NCBI GenBank assembly: GCA_017523725.1
Contig: JAFWVY010000010.1
Span: forward strand, 7,367-71,366
DNA from: Bacteroidales bacterium
Lineage (GTDB): Bacteria > Bacteroidota > Bacteroidia > Bacteroidales > UBA4181
DNA: 64,000 nt
Direction of reading: 5' to 3'
The notes beneath the pieces are model-generated. The model had not been told where the DNA came from. It was given only the letters and a program-made list of their open reading frames with translations, and ran no database searches. Positions 53,895 through 64,000 of the stretch are shown piece by piece (position 1 is the stretch's first letter; the number at the start of each line of letters is the position of its first letter). The position numbers and the translations under genes are program-made.

Positions 53895-55058
53895 ATGAAG
53901 ATTGTCTGTGACGACAAGATCCCGTTCCTGAGGGGTGTTTTCGAACCTTGGGCCGAGGTCGTGTACCTGAAGGGTTCCGCTATTTCGGCACGCGACGTGC
54001 AGGATGCCGACGCGCTTATCGTGCGCACCCGTACCCGGTGCAACGCTTCTCTGCTGCAGGGCAGCCGGGTGCGTATCGTGGCTACGGCCACCATCGGCTA
54101 CGACCACATCGACACGGACTGGTGCGAGCGGCACGGCGTCCGGTGGGTCAACGCTCCGGGGTGCAACGCCTCCAGTGTGAAACATTACCTTGCGTCCGTG
54201 CTCTGCACGCTTTCGGAAAAACTGCCGCTTGACTTGCACCGGGCCGTAGTCGGTGTGGTGGGGGTCGGACATGTGGGGCGCAAGGTTGCCGCCGCGGCCG
54301 AGGCTCTCGGATGCCGGGTGCTCTGTAACGACCCGCCGCGCAGCCGGACGGAGCCGGATCTTCCTGCCGACCTTTTTGTCCCGCTTGACGAATTGCTTTC
54401 CCGCTGTAATATCCTGACACTGCATGTGCCGCTGTCGTATACGGGACCTGATGCCACGCACCATCTGTTCGATGAGGAACGGTTGCGCCAGTGGCTCGGA
54501 CGGCCGTCGTTCAAGCCGCTGTCGGATGCGTGTCCCGCCGTGCTGGTCAACGCCTCGCGCGGGCCTGTCGTGGACAACGAAGCGCTGAAGCGGGCTGTCG
54601 TCCGCTACAGGCTGGGTGCCGTGCTCGACACGTGGGAGAACGAGCCGGACATCGACCGGGACCTTCTGCGGCAATGTCTCATCGCCACGCCGCATATCGC
54701 CGGTTATTCCGCCGACGGGAAGGCCAATGGCACCCGGCGTTGCGTACAGGCCGTCGCAGCCGAACTCGGGCTTCCGCTGGCCGGATGGAAACCTGCAGAC
54801 ATCCCTCGTCTCCAGCCAGGACTTCTTACCATACCGGCGACCTGCGATACACCCGACCGGATACTGAAGCATTGTATTCTGCAGACCTATGCCGTCGCAG
54901 AGGATGACATGCGTCTCCGGGCCGCACCGGAGGCGTTCGAAAAATTGCGCGGCAACTATCCGATTCGTCGTGACATTGAAAGTTATTCCGTATCTTTGTC
55001 CGTTAAGGATGCTGCTGCGGCCTGTGCCCTGCGGCAACTCGGATTCAGGAACGTATAA
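53895..55058 (+). CDS. pdxB: 4-phosphoerythronate dehydrogenase
   Basis: MKIVCDDKIPFLRGVFEPWAEVVYLKG...DALIVRTRTRCN...ATIGYDHIDTDWC...NAPGCNASSV is collinear with E. coli PdxB. Contains GVVGVGHVGRKV. Confidence 0.85.
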   Translation: MKIVCDDKIPFLRGVFEPWAEVVYLKGSAISARDVQDADALIVRTRTRCNASLLQGSRVRIVATATIGYDHIDTDWCERHGVRWVNAPGCNASSVKHYLASVLCTLSEKLPLDLHRAVVGVVGVGHVGRKVAAAAEALGCRVLCNDPPRSRTEPDLPADLFVPLDELLSRCNILTLHVPLSYTGPDATHHLFDEERLRQWLGRPSFKPLSDACPAVLVNASRGPVVDNEALKRAVVRYRLGAVLDTWENEPDIDRDLLRQCLIATPHIAGYSADGKANGTRRCVQAVAAELGLPLAGWKPADIPRLQPGLLTIPATCDTPDRILKHCILQTYAVAEDDMRLRAAPEAFEKLRGNYPIRRDIESYSVSLSVKDAAAACALRQLGFRNV

Positions 55059-55084
55059 GACAATCATTTATAAATAATCCTGTT

Positions 55085-56542
<1,458 letters not shown>

Positions 56543-56555
56543 CAAAGTTGTGATT

Positions 56556-56600
56556 CAAAAAAACGGGCGATGCCACCGGCGCCGTCCGTTTTTTTTTTAT
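56556..56600. terminator. Probable bidirectional terminator between convergent gnd and the S41 protease gene
   Basis: aaaaaaaCGGGCGatgccaccggCGCCGTCCGtttttttttt: an imperfect GC stem flanked by A7 and T10. Confidence 0.45.
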
Positions 56601-56626
56601 CCGTTTCCTGCAGTCCGTGCCGGCCT

Positions 56627-58300
56627 CTACGGCTCCGTCGGCGTTTCCGACGGAACCATATTCTGAAGTTCTTCCAACGCCTTCAGAAAGACGGGATTGG
56701 TTTCGTTGTACAGTTTCCAATAGGCCTCGCTGCCCCACAGGTTGCGCACCAGTGCCTGCTTGATGTACAGAGCCTGGTTTTCCGGGTCTTCCTGCCGGCC
56801 ACCTCTGGGGCGGTTGTCCGTCTGGATTTGCGCCAGCATGTCCGGCGTGATATCCACGTGTCGGATGAAACTGTCGGCGTCTCTGTACTGGCGCAGCCAC
56901 AGGTGGCCGTACCTGTCGATGAGACCGGCCACGGTCTGGTTCAACCATTCTGCATGCCGGGCGTTGTGACGTGCTGCGGACATCGAATCCGGTGCCACGT
57001 AAACATCCGGCAGGATGCCGCCGCCACCGAGCAGTGGCCGCTGCGCAATCAGGCTCCTGTAGGCGGAGGCGGTATCCGGACGATGAGACCAGAAATTGAA
57101 TTCCGCACGGGCATCACGGGAGAAGGCCTCGCGGTTGTAATCCTCCCGCGTGTCCATGTAAGGTTTCTGGATGACACGTCCCGAGGGCGTGTGGTATCGG
57201 GCGACGGTGAGTCGGATCATGCTGCCGTCCTGCAGGACGATCTGACGTTGCACCAGTCCCTTGCCGAAGGTCCGGCGACCTATGAGGATGCCGCGGTCCC
57301 AGTCCTGGATGGCGCCCGCCAGAATCTCGCTGCCCGAGGCAGAGCCTTCGTCAATCATCAGAGCAAGCGCTCCGGAATGGAAAAGTCCGGCCCTGGTGGC
57401 GACGTAATCGGTGCGTTGTTGCCGGTCTCCCTCGGTATACAGAATCAACTGCCCTTCCGAAAGGAATTCGTCGGCTACCTTGACCGCGGCGTCGAGCAGA
57501 CCTCCCGAGTTCTCGCAGATATCCAGGATCAGCCGCTGCATGCCCTGCCATTGCAGACGACCGATGGCCTTGACCATTTCTTCGTAGGTCGTGTTCGAGA
57601 ATCGGGCCAGTTTGATGTAACCGATGGTGGGGGTGACCAAGTAGGCCGCCTCTATGCTTTCGACGGGGATGTTGCTCCGGACAATGGGGATGGACAGCAA
57701 GCGGGAGACATGTTTCCGCTTGATGCCGAGGATGACGCGCGTCCCACGTTCGCCCCGCAGCGTCTGCTGCAGTATGTCCCGGTTCAATGTGCGGCCGGTG
57801 ACAGGCTGCATGTTGACGGTCACGATGCGGTCTCCGATTTGGATGCCGGCCCGGGCTGCCGGTCCGTTCGGCGACAGCGAAACCACCATGGCCGTGTCGC
57901 GGTAGATGGTCGTTGCGATGCCGATTCCCTCGAAGTGCCCCCGCATGGACTCGTTCATGACCCGCGCTTCTTCGCGGCTGAGATAGGACGAGTGCGGATC
58001 GAGCCGCCGCAGCATGTCTCGCAGCGATTCTTCCTCCATGCCGTTCATGTCCAAACTGTCGGCATCCACGTACCAGTTCTGTACGAGGGAAAAGGCCTGG
58101 GCGATTTTGGTTCCGGGGCGCATCTGGAACTGCGGCTGGCGCATCGAGGCTCCTTCGTTGGTCCGTTCATAGGTTTGCGGCGGATACCCGAACGGCGTGA
58201 ATACATTCCGGCCGGACTCCGTTGCCGGGACCTGCGCCTGAACGCAAAGGCCGACAAGCAGCAGACATGTCGCCAGTATGTATGTCATTTCTTTTTTCAT
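56627..58300 (-). CDS. S41-family C-terminal processing peptidase with PDZ domain
   Basis: Signal peptide MKKEMTYILATCLLLVGLCVQAQ. PDZ (GIQIGDRIVTVN). Catalytic Ser in DEGSASGSEI and Lys in RRTFGKGLVQ. Confidence 0.9.
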   Translation of the reverse strand: MKKEMTYILATCLLLVGLCVQAQVPATESGRNVFTPFGYPPQTYERTNEGASMRQPQFQMRPGTKIAQAFSLVQNWYVDADSLDMNGMEEESLRDMLRRLDPHSSYLSREEARVMNESMRGHFEGIGIATTIYRDTAMVVSLSPNGPAARAGIQIGDRIVTVNMQPVTGRTLNRDILQQTLRGERGTRVILGIKRKHVSRLLSIPIVRSNIPVESIEAAYLVTPTIGYIKLARFSNTTYEEMVKAIGRLQWQGMQRLILDICENSGGLLDAAVKVADEFLSEGQLILYTEGDRQQRTDYVATRAGLFHSGALALMIDEGSASGSEILAGAIQDWDRGILIGRRTFGKGLVQRQIVLQDGSMIRLTVARYHTPSGRVIQKPYMDTREDYNREAFSRDARAEFNFWSHRPDTASAYRSLIAQRPLLGGGGILPDVYVAPDSMSAARHNARHAEWLNQTVAGLIDRYGHLWLRQYRDADSFIRHVDITPDMLAQIQTDNRPRGGRQEDPENQALYIKQALVRNLWGSEAYWKLYNETNPVFLKALEELQNMVPSETPTEP

Positions 58301-58306
58301 GATCGT

Positions 58307-58996
58307 TCAGGACAGCCAGTATTGGATATAATAGAAGTCTTCCGGGTACGTCAGTTTCATGTTTGCAGGTTCGCCCCGCACAATGAAGATGGACTCGTCC
58401 GGCAGATATTTTTTCACAATCGAACAATCATCGGTCTGCAGACAGCCGTCGTCGTCCGCCGCACGGGCATAGGCCGCCGCAATGACGCTGCGTCGGAAGG
58501 CCTGCGGGGTCTGGCTGCGCTGCCAGTACTGCCTGGGCGGCACTTCTTCGATGGTTTTTCCGTCCGCATCGGTGCGCATCAGTGTATCCGCCGAAGGCAC
58601 GCAGACGTTCACAGCCCGCCATTGTCCGAGGGCGGCTGTCACGTCGCCGATGATGCGCTGGCTGACCAGCGGACGGGCGGCGTCATGGAAAATCAGGTTG
58701 TCTTCGTCCTCCGTGTAGGCCCGGAGCGCGGCCAGGGTCGAATCACGCCGCGTAGCGCCGCCGGGAATCGTACGGCTCCATTTCCGGTACGTCCCTTTCT
58801 TGCGGAGGTCCTCCATTCGCTTCATGTAGTCCGGGTGGCATACCAGGCAGATCTCGTCTATGGTGCAGTGACGGTCAAAGGCTGCGAGGGCGTATTCCAC
58901 CACAGGGCGGTCTTTCAGCATGGAGAACTGTTTCGGTTCCTCCATGCCGGCGCGTCTGCCCGAACCGGCCGCCAGTATGACTGCGATATTCCTCAT
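58307..58996 (-). CDS. ispD: 2-C-methyl-D-erythritol 4-phosphate cytidylyltransferase
   Basis: MRNIAVILAAGSGRRAG...KQF... and HDAARPL. Confidence 0.93.
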   Translation of the reverse strand: MRNIAVILAAGSGRRAGMEEPKQFSMLKDRPVVEYALAAFDRHCTIDEICLVCHPDYMKRMEDLRKKGTYRKWSRTIPGGATRRDSTLAALRAYTEDEDNLIFHDAARPLVSQRIIGDVTAALGQWRAVNVCVPSADTLMRTDADGKTIEEVPPRQYWQRSQTPQAFRRSVIAAAYARAADDDGCLQTDDCSIVKKYLPDESIFIVRGEPANMKLTYPEDFYYIQYWLS

Positions 58997-59002
58997 GGCT
59001 TG

Positions 59003-62000
59003 TCATCGTCTGGGTCCGCCCATCATGCCGCCGAATCCGCCGCCGAATCCGCCGCCGCCTCTCGGGCCGCCAAATCCACCTCTCTGGTCGTTACCCCATC
59101 CCTGGTTGATAATCCGGATGGAAGTGCTGCCGGCGTCACGACGAACGAACCGCACCGCATCGGCAATCAGGAACCGGAGGCGCGTGTCGTTGGAAAGCAC
59201 GACCTGCGCCGTGTCGGCAGGGAGCACCACCGTCGTCAGGTAGTTCCAACCCGTATAGCAGCGCCGGAATTCCAGCGAGGCCTTCACATCGATGGTGTCG
59301 CCCTGCGTGATGCGAAAGTCGTAGCTCGCATTCCAGTCCATGCCGATGGCATTGTTGTCGCGCCACATGTTGTAATATACATCGTATCTTCCAGCCTCTT
59401 TTATCGGCACTTTCCACGTGGCGGTCTGGCCGCTGATGCCACCGTTGCGTCCCGAACGGATGACATTGGCCGAGCGGACATACTGTCCGTAGTAGAAGTT
59501 GTTGGTGGTCGGCGTCCATTTCAGCGGCGGCCGCCAGGCCGAGAATCCGTGGTATTTGTAGATGGAGGTCTCCTCTTTGGCCAGCCAGCGCGGCAGCAGC
59601 CCGTAAATCCGTGGTTCCGAAGTAGAGAACAATTCCTTGTCTTCGTTGTCCACGATGATCTCGTTCTCGGGCACGAAGTTGACGGCATGTTCTATGGTGA
59701 AAATGCCGGGCTTCCGCAGGTCACGCCGGAGAATACGCCCCCAGTTGTTCAGCGAGGTCTCGATGCGTCCCGGCAGGTTCTCGGAGAGTAATGTCCGGAC
59801 GATGATGGCGCGCGGCCGTTCTTCCGATACGAACACGGCTTCCTTGGTTTCGTGCGGGCCCATCATGACCGGGATGTAATCGATGTCCTCCCAGCCGAAC
59901 TGCAGCATCAGGATAATCATGCCTTCCTTGTCGGAGTCGTTCGTGATAATCTGCGACACTTCGTATTTGACTTCCAGATCCTCGCGCACCCGGTAGAATT
60001 CGGTTTGCGCGAAAAGATAGCGGGGGGCACCTTTGTCGCGGTACCAGCCATCGATCCGGTCCTTGAGGTCCACGCCGGTCGAGTCGGCCAGCCGGTCCAG
60101 AAACTCTTCGAACCGGAGATTCCGGAAAGGATGGGCTGTCACGATGTCGGAGAAAATGTTTTCGAAACTGTCCCGTCCCAACTCCATTTCCCCATAGGCG
60201 AAAAGTTGTTCCGCCTTGAGCTGTATAATGCTGGAAATCAAATCATTTTTGGAAGTATCTGCCACCAGCTCCTCCAGCGACTGCTCCTGCAGCAACAGGC
60301 TGGCCTGCTCCTCGGAACTGATGCCGATGACGTTGCGCCGGAAGTTGTTCGCATTGCCCATCTCATCGCGCTGCATATAGACAGACACCAGCCGGTTGGC
60401 CATCGGGATGTCGGGCGAATAGACATTATAGATAAAGTCGAACAGCTGTGGGAACTGATACCACGGGTTGCCCGACCGTCCGACCGCCACGCCCGCCGAG
60501 GTACGGATTCCTGTCCAGCCCTGCCGTCTTTGGAAGGTGTACAGGAAATTCGTGAAGGCAAACGTCTCCAGTTCTGCCTCCGTTGCCTCGACCCTGCGCC
60601 AGCGTTTTCGCCGTTTGATGTCGGATGTGAAGTCGACGGAATTCATCGAAAACCCTTTCTCCGGGAAGAAGACCATGGACGGCTGCGTCCATTCCCATGC
60701 CTGCGTCCAGGCGCGCGAGTAGGCGGTGAAGGTGCCTGGTACCTCTACCAGCGAGAACCGGTTGTACTGGTACGGCAGCGCGTTTTCACGCTCGAAGTCT
60801 TCCATGCTCTCCTCGATGAGTGTCGGAATGTCGCCCTTGATGCTGTCCAGCATGTGCCGGAAGAAGTCGTGGCCCTTGATATAGTAGAGTTCGTAACTGA
60901 GCCCCGCCGTATCGACCGCCAGGTATTCGTAGTCGCCGATGACCAGTGAAATCTGCGGCAGCGGTGTTTCAGGACAGAAACGATACCATCCGTCACCGGC
61001 CTCCGAATAGGCACCCTGCACGATGGCCATCTGGCCTTCAACGGGTTTCACTTTGACGTCGAAATCGCTGAAGAAGGCCTGCTGCCAGTCCGAATGGAAC
61101 ATCGTGAACGACGTTCCCGCTCTTGGATACCAGTAGGTTTCGGGAGTCAGCATACAGAAATCTGGTCCCAGGAAAGCGTATTTCTTCGGAATCTTCACCA
61201 TGTTGATCTGCTGGCGGGCATCACGGACGGCATCCGGCATGTCGAGGTAGCACAGATTCTCATCTATGCCGCCGTTGTAGCGGATGGTCAGCTGCACCGT
61301 GTCGGAGGTCCGCAGTGTCCGGCCGAAGTCTACCAGCAGCAGCTGGCGCTTTCGCTCGAATGCCACCGGCATGCCGTCCGAAGTCACCTCCGATACGGTC
61401 AGACCGGGGTTCAGACAGAATACGAACGTGGTCGAGTCGCGTCGCGGCACGGCGGTCATGTCGGCCTTGACATCAATGGCTTCGGGCAGTTGTTCCACCT
61501 CCATGTCGTATGACAGCACCGACAGTATGGGGTAGTGGCCGTACGTGTCGTTCAGCAGAATCAGTTCGGCTCGTTCATGCTTGCCAGACTGTACGCCCTG
61601 GATGTGCCGCATGCCGATCTGTCCGGCCGCGGCCAGCAGGACGAGCGCACCGGCCAGCCAGATGTAACGCATGCGCGGGTTGGCCGGCAACCGGGCGAAG
61701 AGGAACACCGTCAGGAATACAAACGCAACGCCGGCGAGCAGGTACATCACCCGGAGTGCGATGATGGTCTCCATGCCCGTGAATCCGGTGATGGTCGATT
61801 TGAACATCGGCAGACTGTAAGCCATGTAGTCGAACAGGTAGTAATACTTGTCCTGCAGGTAGAACAGCGAGTACATGATGTACCCCAGCAGCACGATGAA
61901 CGTCAGGGCCTGGTTCTTGAGCAACAGCATCATGAAGAACGACAGACCCATGATGAAGATCAGCGTCGGGATACTGATCAGCAGGAAATAGACTATGTAC

Positions 62001-62437
62001 GACGAAAAATCGATATAGGTGTTCACTGCCGTCAGGTTGAAGATGAATCCGACAGCCAGTACGATGAGGTTCAGCAGCAGAAACACCCGCAGGTTGCCCC
62101 AGGTCTTGCCGAATACGTACTCTGCGTTACTGAGCGGCCGGACATAAAACACTTCCGAGGTGTCCAGCTGTTTGTCGCGCTTGATGAATTCCGACGACAG
62201 GAACACCGCGATGATGGCCTGTGCTACGTTCAGCATCAGGATGTTCATGTACGGGATGGTGGACGGGACCGCACGGTACACCCACGGCGACCCGCCGGTG
62301 TCGGTGAGTTGTGCCATGTCGTAGAACAGGATGACCGCGATGGCCAGAAAACTGAATAGCTTGAAGAACCAGCTGCGGGTCAGCAATTTGCTCTCGTAGC
62401 GCGCAACGGACAATATGTTATGGATCGTCGTCCACAT
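59003..62437 (-). CDS. Large membrane protein: N-terminal ABC-2-type-permease-like polytopic domain, central M1-aminopeptidase-like region lacking the zinc motif, golvesin-C-terminal-like domain, Gly/Arg-rich tail
   Basis: About 7 TM helices in the first ~290 aa. LTPETYWYPRAG recalls the M1 N-domain. No HEXXH or GAMEN anywhere (checked by eye). GQTATWKVPIKEAGRYDVYYNMW...FLIADAVRFV fits the golvesin-like pattern. The tail is QRGGFGGPRGGGGFGGGFGGMMGGPRR. The track start 62452 is TTG; ATG 62437 (MWTTIHN...) is preferred. Confidence 0.8.
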   Translation of the reverse strand: MWTTIHNILSVARYESKLLTRSWFFKLFSFLAIAVILFYDMAQLTDTGGSPWVYRAVPSTIPYMNILMLNVAQAIIAVFLSSEFIKRDKQLDTSEVFYVRPLSNAEYVFGKTWGNLRVFLLLNLIVLAVGFIFNLTAVNTYIDFSSYIVYFLLISIPTLIFIMGLSFFMMLLLKNQALTFIVLLGYIMYSLFYLQDKYYYLFDYMAYSLPMFKSTITGFTGMETIIALRVMYLLAGVAFVFLTVFLFARLPANPRMRYIWLAGALVLLAAAGQIGMRHIQGVQSGKHERAELILLNDTYGHYPILSVLSYDMEVEQLPEAIDVKADMTAVPRRDSTTFVFCLNPGLTVSEVTSDGMPVAFERKRQLLLVDFGRTLRTSDTVQLTIRYNGGIDENLCYLDMPDAVRDARQQINMVKIPKKYAFLGPDFCMLTPETYWYPRAGTSFTMFHSDWQQAFFSDFDVKVKPVEGQMAIVQGAYSEAGDGWYRFCPETPLPQISLVIGDYEYLAVDTAGLSYELYYIKGHDFFRHMLDSIKGDIPTLIEESMEDFERENALPYQYNRFSLVEVPGTFTAYSRAWTQAWEWTQPSMVFFPEKGFSMNSVDFTSDIKRRKRWRRVEATEAELETFAFTNFLYTFQRRQGWTGIRTSAGVAVGRSGNPWYQFPQLFDFIYNVYSPDIPMANRLVSVYMQRDEMGNANNFRRNVIGISSEEQASLLLQEQSLEELVADTSKNDLISSIIQLKAEQLFAYGEMELGRDSFENIFSDIVTAHPFRNLRFEEFLDRLADSTGVDLKDRIDGWYRDKGAPRYLFAQTEFYRVREDLEVKYEVSQIITNDSDKEGMIILMLQFGWEDIDYIPVMMGPHETKEAVFVSEERPRAIIVRTLLSENLPGRIETSLNNWGRILRRDLRKPGIFTIEHAVNFVPENEIIVDNEDKELFSTSEPRIYGLLPRWLAKEETSIYKYHGFSAWRPPLKWTPTTNNFYYGQYVRSANVIRSGRNGGISGQTATWKVPIKEAGRYDVYYNMWRDNNAIGMDWNASYDFRITQGDTIDVKASLEFRRCYTGWNYLTTVVLPADTAQVVLSNDTRLRFLIADAVRFVRRDAGSTSIRIINQGWGNDQRGGFGGPRGGGGFGGGFGGMMGGPRR
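59027..59062 (-). repeat. 12-bp tandem coding repeat (gccgccgaatcc x2 plus a degenerate third unit) encoding the GFGG tail
   Basis: Units 59027..59038 and 59039..59050 are identical. 59051..59062 is diverged. Confidence 0.7.
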
Positions 62438-62526
62438 GGTCTTGTCAGGCAAAATGCCCCGCCGAATGAGAGGGGCGAAATCTTATCTTACTATTAATCA
62501 GTATATTAAATTATATATAAAGCGGA

Positions 62527-62534
62527 CAAAATTA
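62527..62534 (-). promoter_or_regulatory. Putative -7 box (TAATTTTG) for the large membrane protein-ispD-S41 unit
   Basis: Plus strand caaaatta. Exact TAnnTTTG in the AT-rich spacer, immediately downstream of the dnaG terminator. Confidence 0.4.
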
Positions 62535-62537
62535 GCA

Positions 62538-62569
62538 AGAAAAAGACGCCCTGCCAAGTGTCGGGCGTC
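62538..62569 (-). terminator. Rho-independent terminator after dnaG
   Basis: 7-bp stem GACGCCC/GGGCGTC with an 11-nt loop, followed on the minus strand by TTTTTCTT. Confidence 0.55.
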
Positions 62570-62627
62570 GAATGAGGTGAATTTAAAATTCTTTAAGATT
62601 CTTTAATGAACGCGGCGGTTTCGCTGT

Positions 62628-64000
62628 TTACCGGAATACCCTCTCGCCCAGCGTTTCGGCCAACTGTTTTTTGAGTGCGCTCAGGGCATCGTAGCGCGAC
62701 AGCAGAGCGGCGAGCTGGTTCTCGTCAACCGGTATGGCGCTCTGGGCTTCCCGGATTTTTTCCATTTCCTGCCGGAGCAGTTCGGATACCTTGGTTGCCT
62801 TGTAGGCCATCAGTTGCATCGGCACCACCTCGTTCAGATGGTTCTCCTCCTTCCGGACAGAGACCTTGGTGCTGCCACTGTTGGCGTGTGTATCGAAAAT
62901 CTTGCTCAGCGTATATTTCCCGGCGAAGAACGAGGCGGCCAGCTCCACCACCTCCGGTTCCCTGTGGCGGACGAAAAACTGCTCGCCGGTCGTCTCCCCG
63001 CGGCCGTTGCGTTCGCCGATTTCTTCCGCGATGCGCCGGTACAGGGGCCGTTCGAAATACAGGTCGTCGGCCTCCATCTCTCCGAGAATATACTCGGCGA
63101 CCGTGCAGTCCGGCCCGTCCGGTTCAGGCTTGATCTGCCGGGATCCATACATCATCATCAGCCGGATAATCTCGCGTTCGGCAATGTCCAGTTCGTCCGG
63201 CGCATGCTGTATCCGGACCGCGGTTTCCATCGACTCACGCTCCGGCGTGCCCTCACCCTCTGAAGACGGGACACCGTGTTCACGACCGAGTTCCACCCGC
63301 CGGCGCTGCTGCTGAAACTGCTGTTCCGCCGCCTGCACCCGCCGCTTGTCCACCTCGGCCACCATCATCCGTTCTTCCACCTGCAGCGTGCGGCAGCATT
63401 CCTGGATGTATACCGACCGCATCACGGCGTCGGGAATGACGGAAATCGACCGGATGATATCGCTGATGAGTTTGCCGCGCTGGATGGGGTCGTCCTGGGC
63501 CTCGCTGAGCAGCAGCCGGGTCTTGAACGTGATGAAATCCACCTCTTCCGCCGCGAGGAACGCCTTCAGTTCGGCCGTGCTGTGCGATTGCGCATACGAA
63601 TCGGGGTCTTCGCCGTCGGGCAACAGGACAATCCGGACGTGCAACCCTGCCTCCAGAATCATGTCGATGCCGCGCAGCGAAGCCTTGATGCCGGCCGCAT
63701 CGCCGTCATACAACACGGTGACATTCGACGTGAAACGGGAAATCAGCTTGATCTGCTCCGTGGTGAGCGATGTGCCCGACGACGCCACGACATTCTCGAT
63801 GCCCGACTGTGCCATGGACAGTACGTCGAGGTAGCCCTCCACCAGATAGCACTTGTCCTCTTTGCCGATGGCCTGCCTGGCCTGGTAGATGCCGTAGAGG
63901 TGGTCGCTCTTGTGGTAGATTTCAGACTCGGGCGAATTGACATATTTGGCTACTTTCTTGGTCTTGTCGGTCGTCAGCACCCGTCCGCCGAACGCCACGA
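62628..64000 (-). CDS. dnaG: DNA primase DnaG, TOPRIM and C-terminal domains; the N-terminus lies beyond the window end
   Basis: GRVLTTDKTKKVAKYVNSPESEIYHKSDHLYG, TOPRIM motifs YLVEGYLDVLS and VLYDGDAAGIKA. The ORF is open to the window edge. Confidence 0.9.
   Translation of the reverse strand, partial: VAFGGRVLTTDKTKKVAKYVNSPESEIYHKSDHLYGIYQARQAIGKEDKCYLVEGYLDVLSMAQSGIENVVASSGTSLTTEQIKLISRFTSNVTVLYDGDAAGIKASLRGIDMILEAGLHVRIVLLPDGEDPDSYAQSHSTAELKAFLAAEEVDFITFKTRLLLSEAQDDPIQRGKLISDIIRSISVIPDAVMRSVYIQECCRTLQVEERMMVAEVDKRRVQAAEQQFQQQRRRVELGREHGVPSSEGEGTPERESMETAVRIQHAPDELDIAEREIIRLMMMYGSRQIKPEPDGPDCTVAEYILGEMEADDLYFERPLYRRIAEEIGERNGRGETTGEQFFVRHREPEVVELAASFFAGKYTLSKIFDTHANSGSTKVSVRKEENHLNEVVPMQLMAYKATKVSELLRQEMEKIREAQSAIPVDENQLAALLSRYDALSALKKQLAETLGERVFR

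Noticed and set aside
59003-59011. Shared '...RR' C-termini of the large membrane protein and the repeat lipoprotein as a novel sorting signal
   Set aside because: Two examples are too few, and cytoplasmic Ffh in the same window also ends in ...MPRR. The dipeptide is probably coincidental in an Arg-rich, GC-rich proteome. The Gly-rich tails themselves are kept as a separate low-interest finding.
56570-59791. 1073-aa plus-strand ORF, the longest alternative ORF in the window
   Set aside because: It is antisense to the S41 protease gene, ispD and the 3' end of the large membrane protein gene. It runs through two real gene boundaries, has biased R/G/H/V composition and has no promoter context. 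It is a GC-driven shadow ORF.
62453-62627. AT-rich 175-bp spacer with small hairpins as a possible sRNA, invertible promoter or mobile-element remnant
   Set aside because: It is explained by the dnaG terminator (62538..62569) followed by a TAATTTTG promoter box and the leader of the next operon. I saw no flanking inverted repeats, no recombinase gene and no conserved RNA motif.

Overview
GC-rich Bacteroidota chromosomal core segment. Order Bacteroidales and an Alistipes/Rikenellaceae-like source are only my guesses, based on composition and gene content. About 50 tightly packed genes are present. I saw no rRNA, tRNA, CRISPR array, transposase, integrase or phage genes. Housekeeping content: purH-mreB-mreC-mreD-mrdA; five aminoacyl-tRNA synthetases (proS, argS, glnS, hisS, ileS); folate enzymes (folP, folD, folA); ffh, lspA, pyrE, dprA, ispD, dnaG (partial), cdaA, a DsbD-like reductase and an S41 protease. 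Sugar modules: SSF symporter-araD-araB; MFS sugar porter plus a glycoside-hydrolase lipoprotein; and a hexuronate block (uxaC, uxaE-like / UxuB-like SDR, LarA-like, pdxB, gnd). Type IX secretion accessory genes are scattered through the window (porX, porW/sprE-like, porT-like). Many long ORFs in the supplied track are antisense shadows of real genes, typical of GC-rich DNA, and I reject them. Several track ORFs also begin at upstream or alternative start codons, so I trimmed them to conserved ATG starts read from the sequence. Five items deserve a second look. (1) The Kdo transferase waaA runs without a stop codon into a PorW/SprE-like TPR lipoprotein that has its own internal lipoprotein signal peptide, and this ORF is ATGA-coupled to porX. 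(2) A two-gene cassette encodes a DPWY-repeat, largely low-complexity lipoprotein plus a FadL/PorV-like barrel. (3) A roughly 1145-aa membrane protein combines an ABC-2-like permease, a motif-less M1-like region, a golvesin-like domain and a Gly/Arg tail. (4) A LarA-like (nickel-pincer racemase family) gene sits between a hexuronate reductase and gnd. (5) A recurring Bacteroides-type -7 promoter box (TAnnTTTG) precedes most transcription units. All functional calls rest on my reading of the translated sequences; no database search was run.
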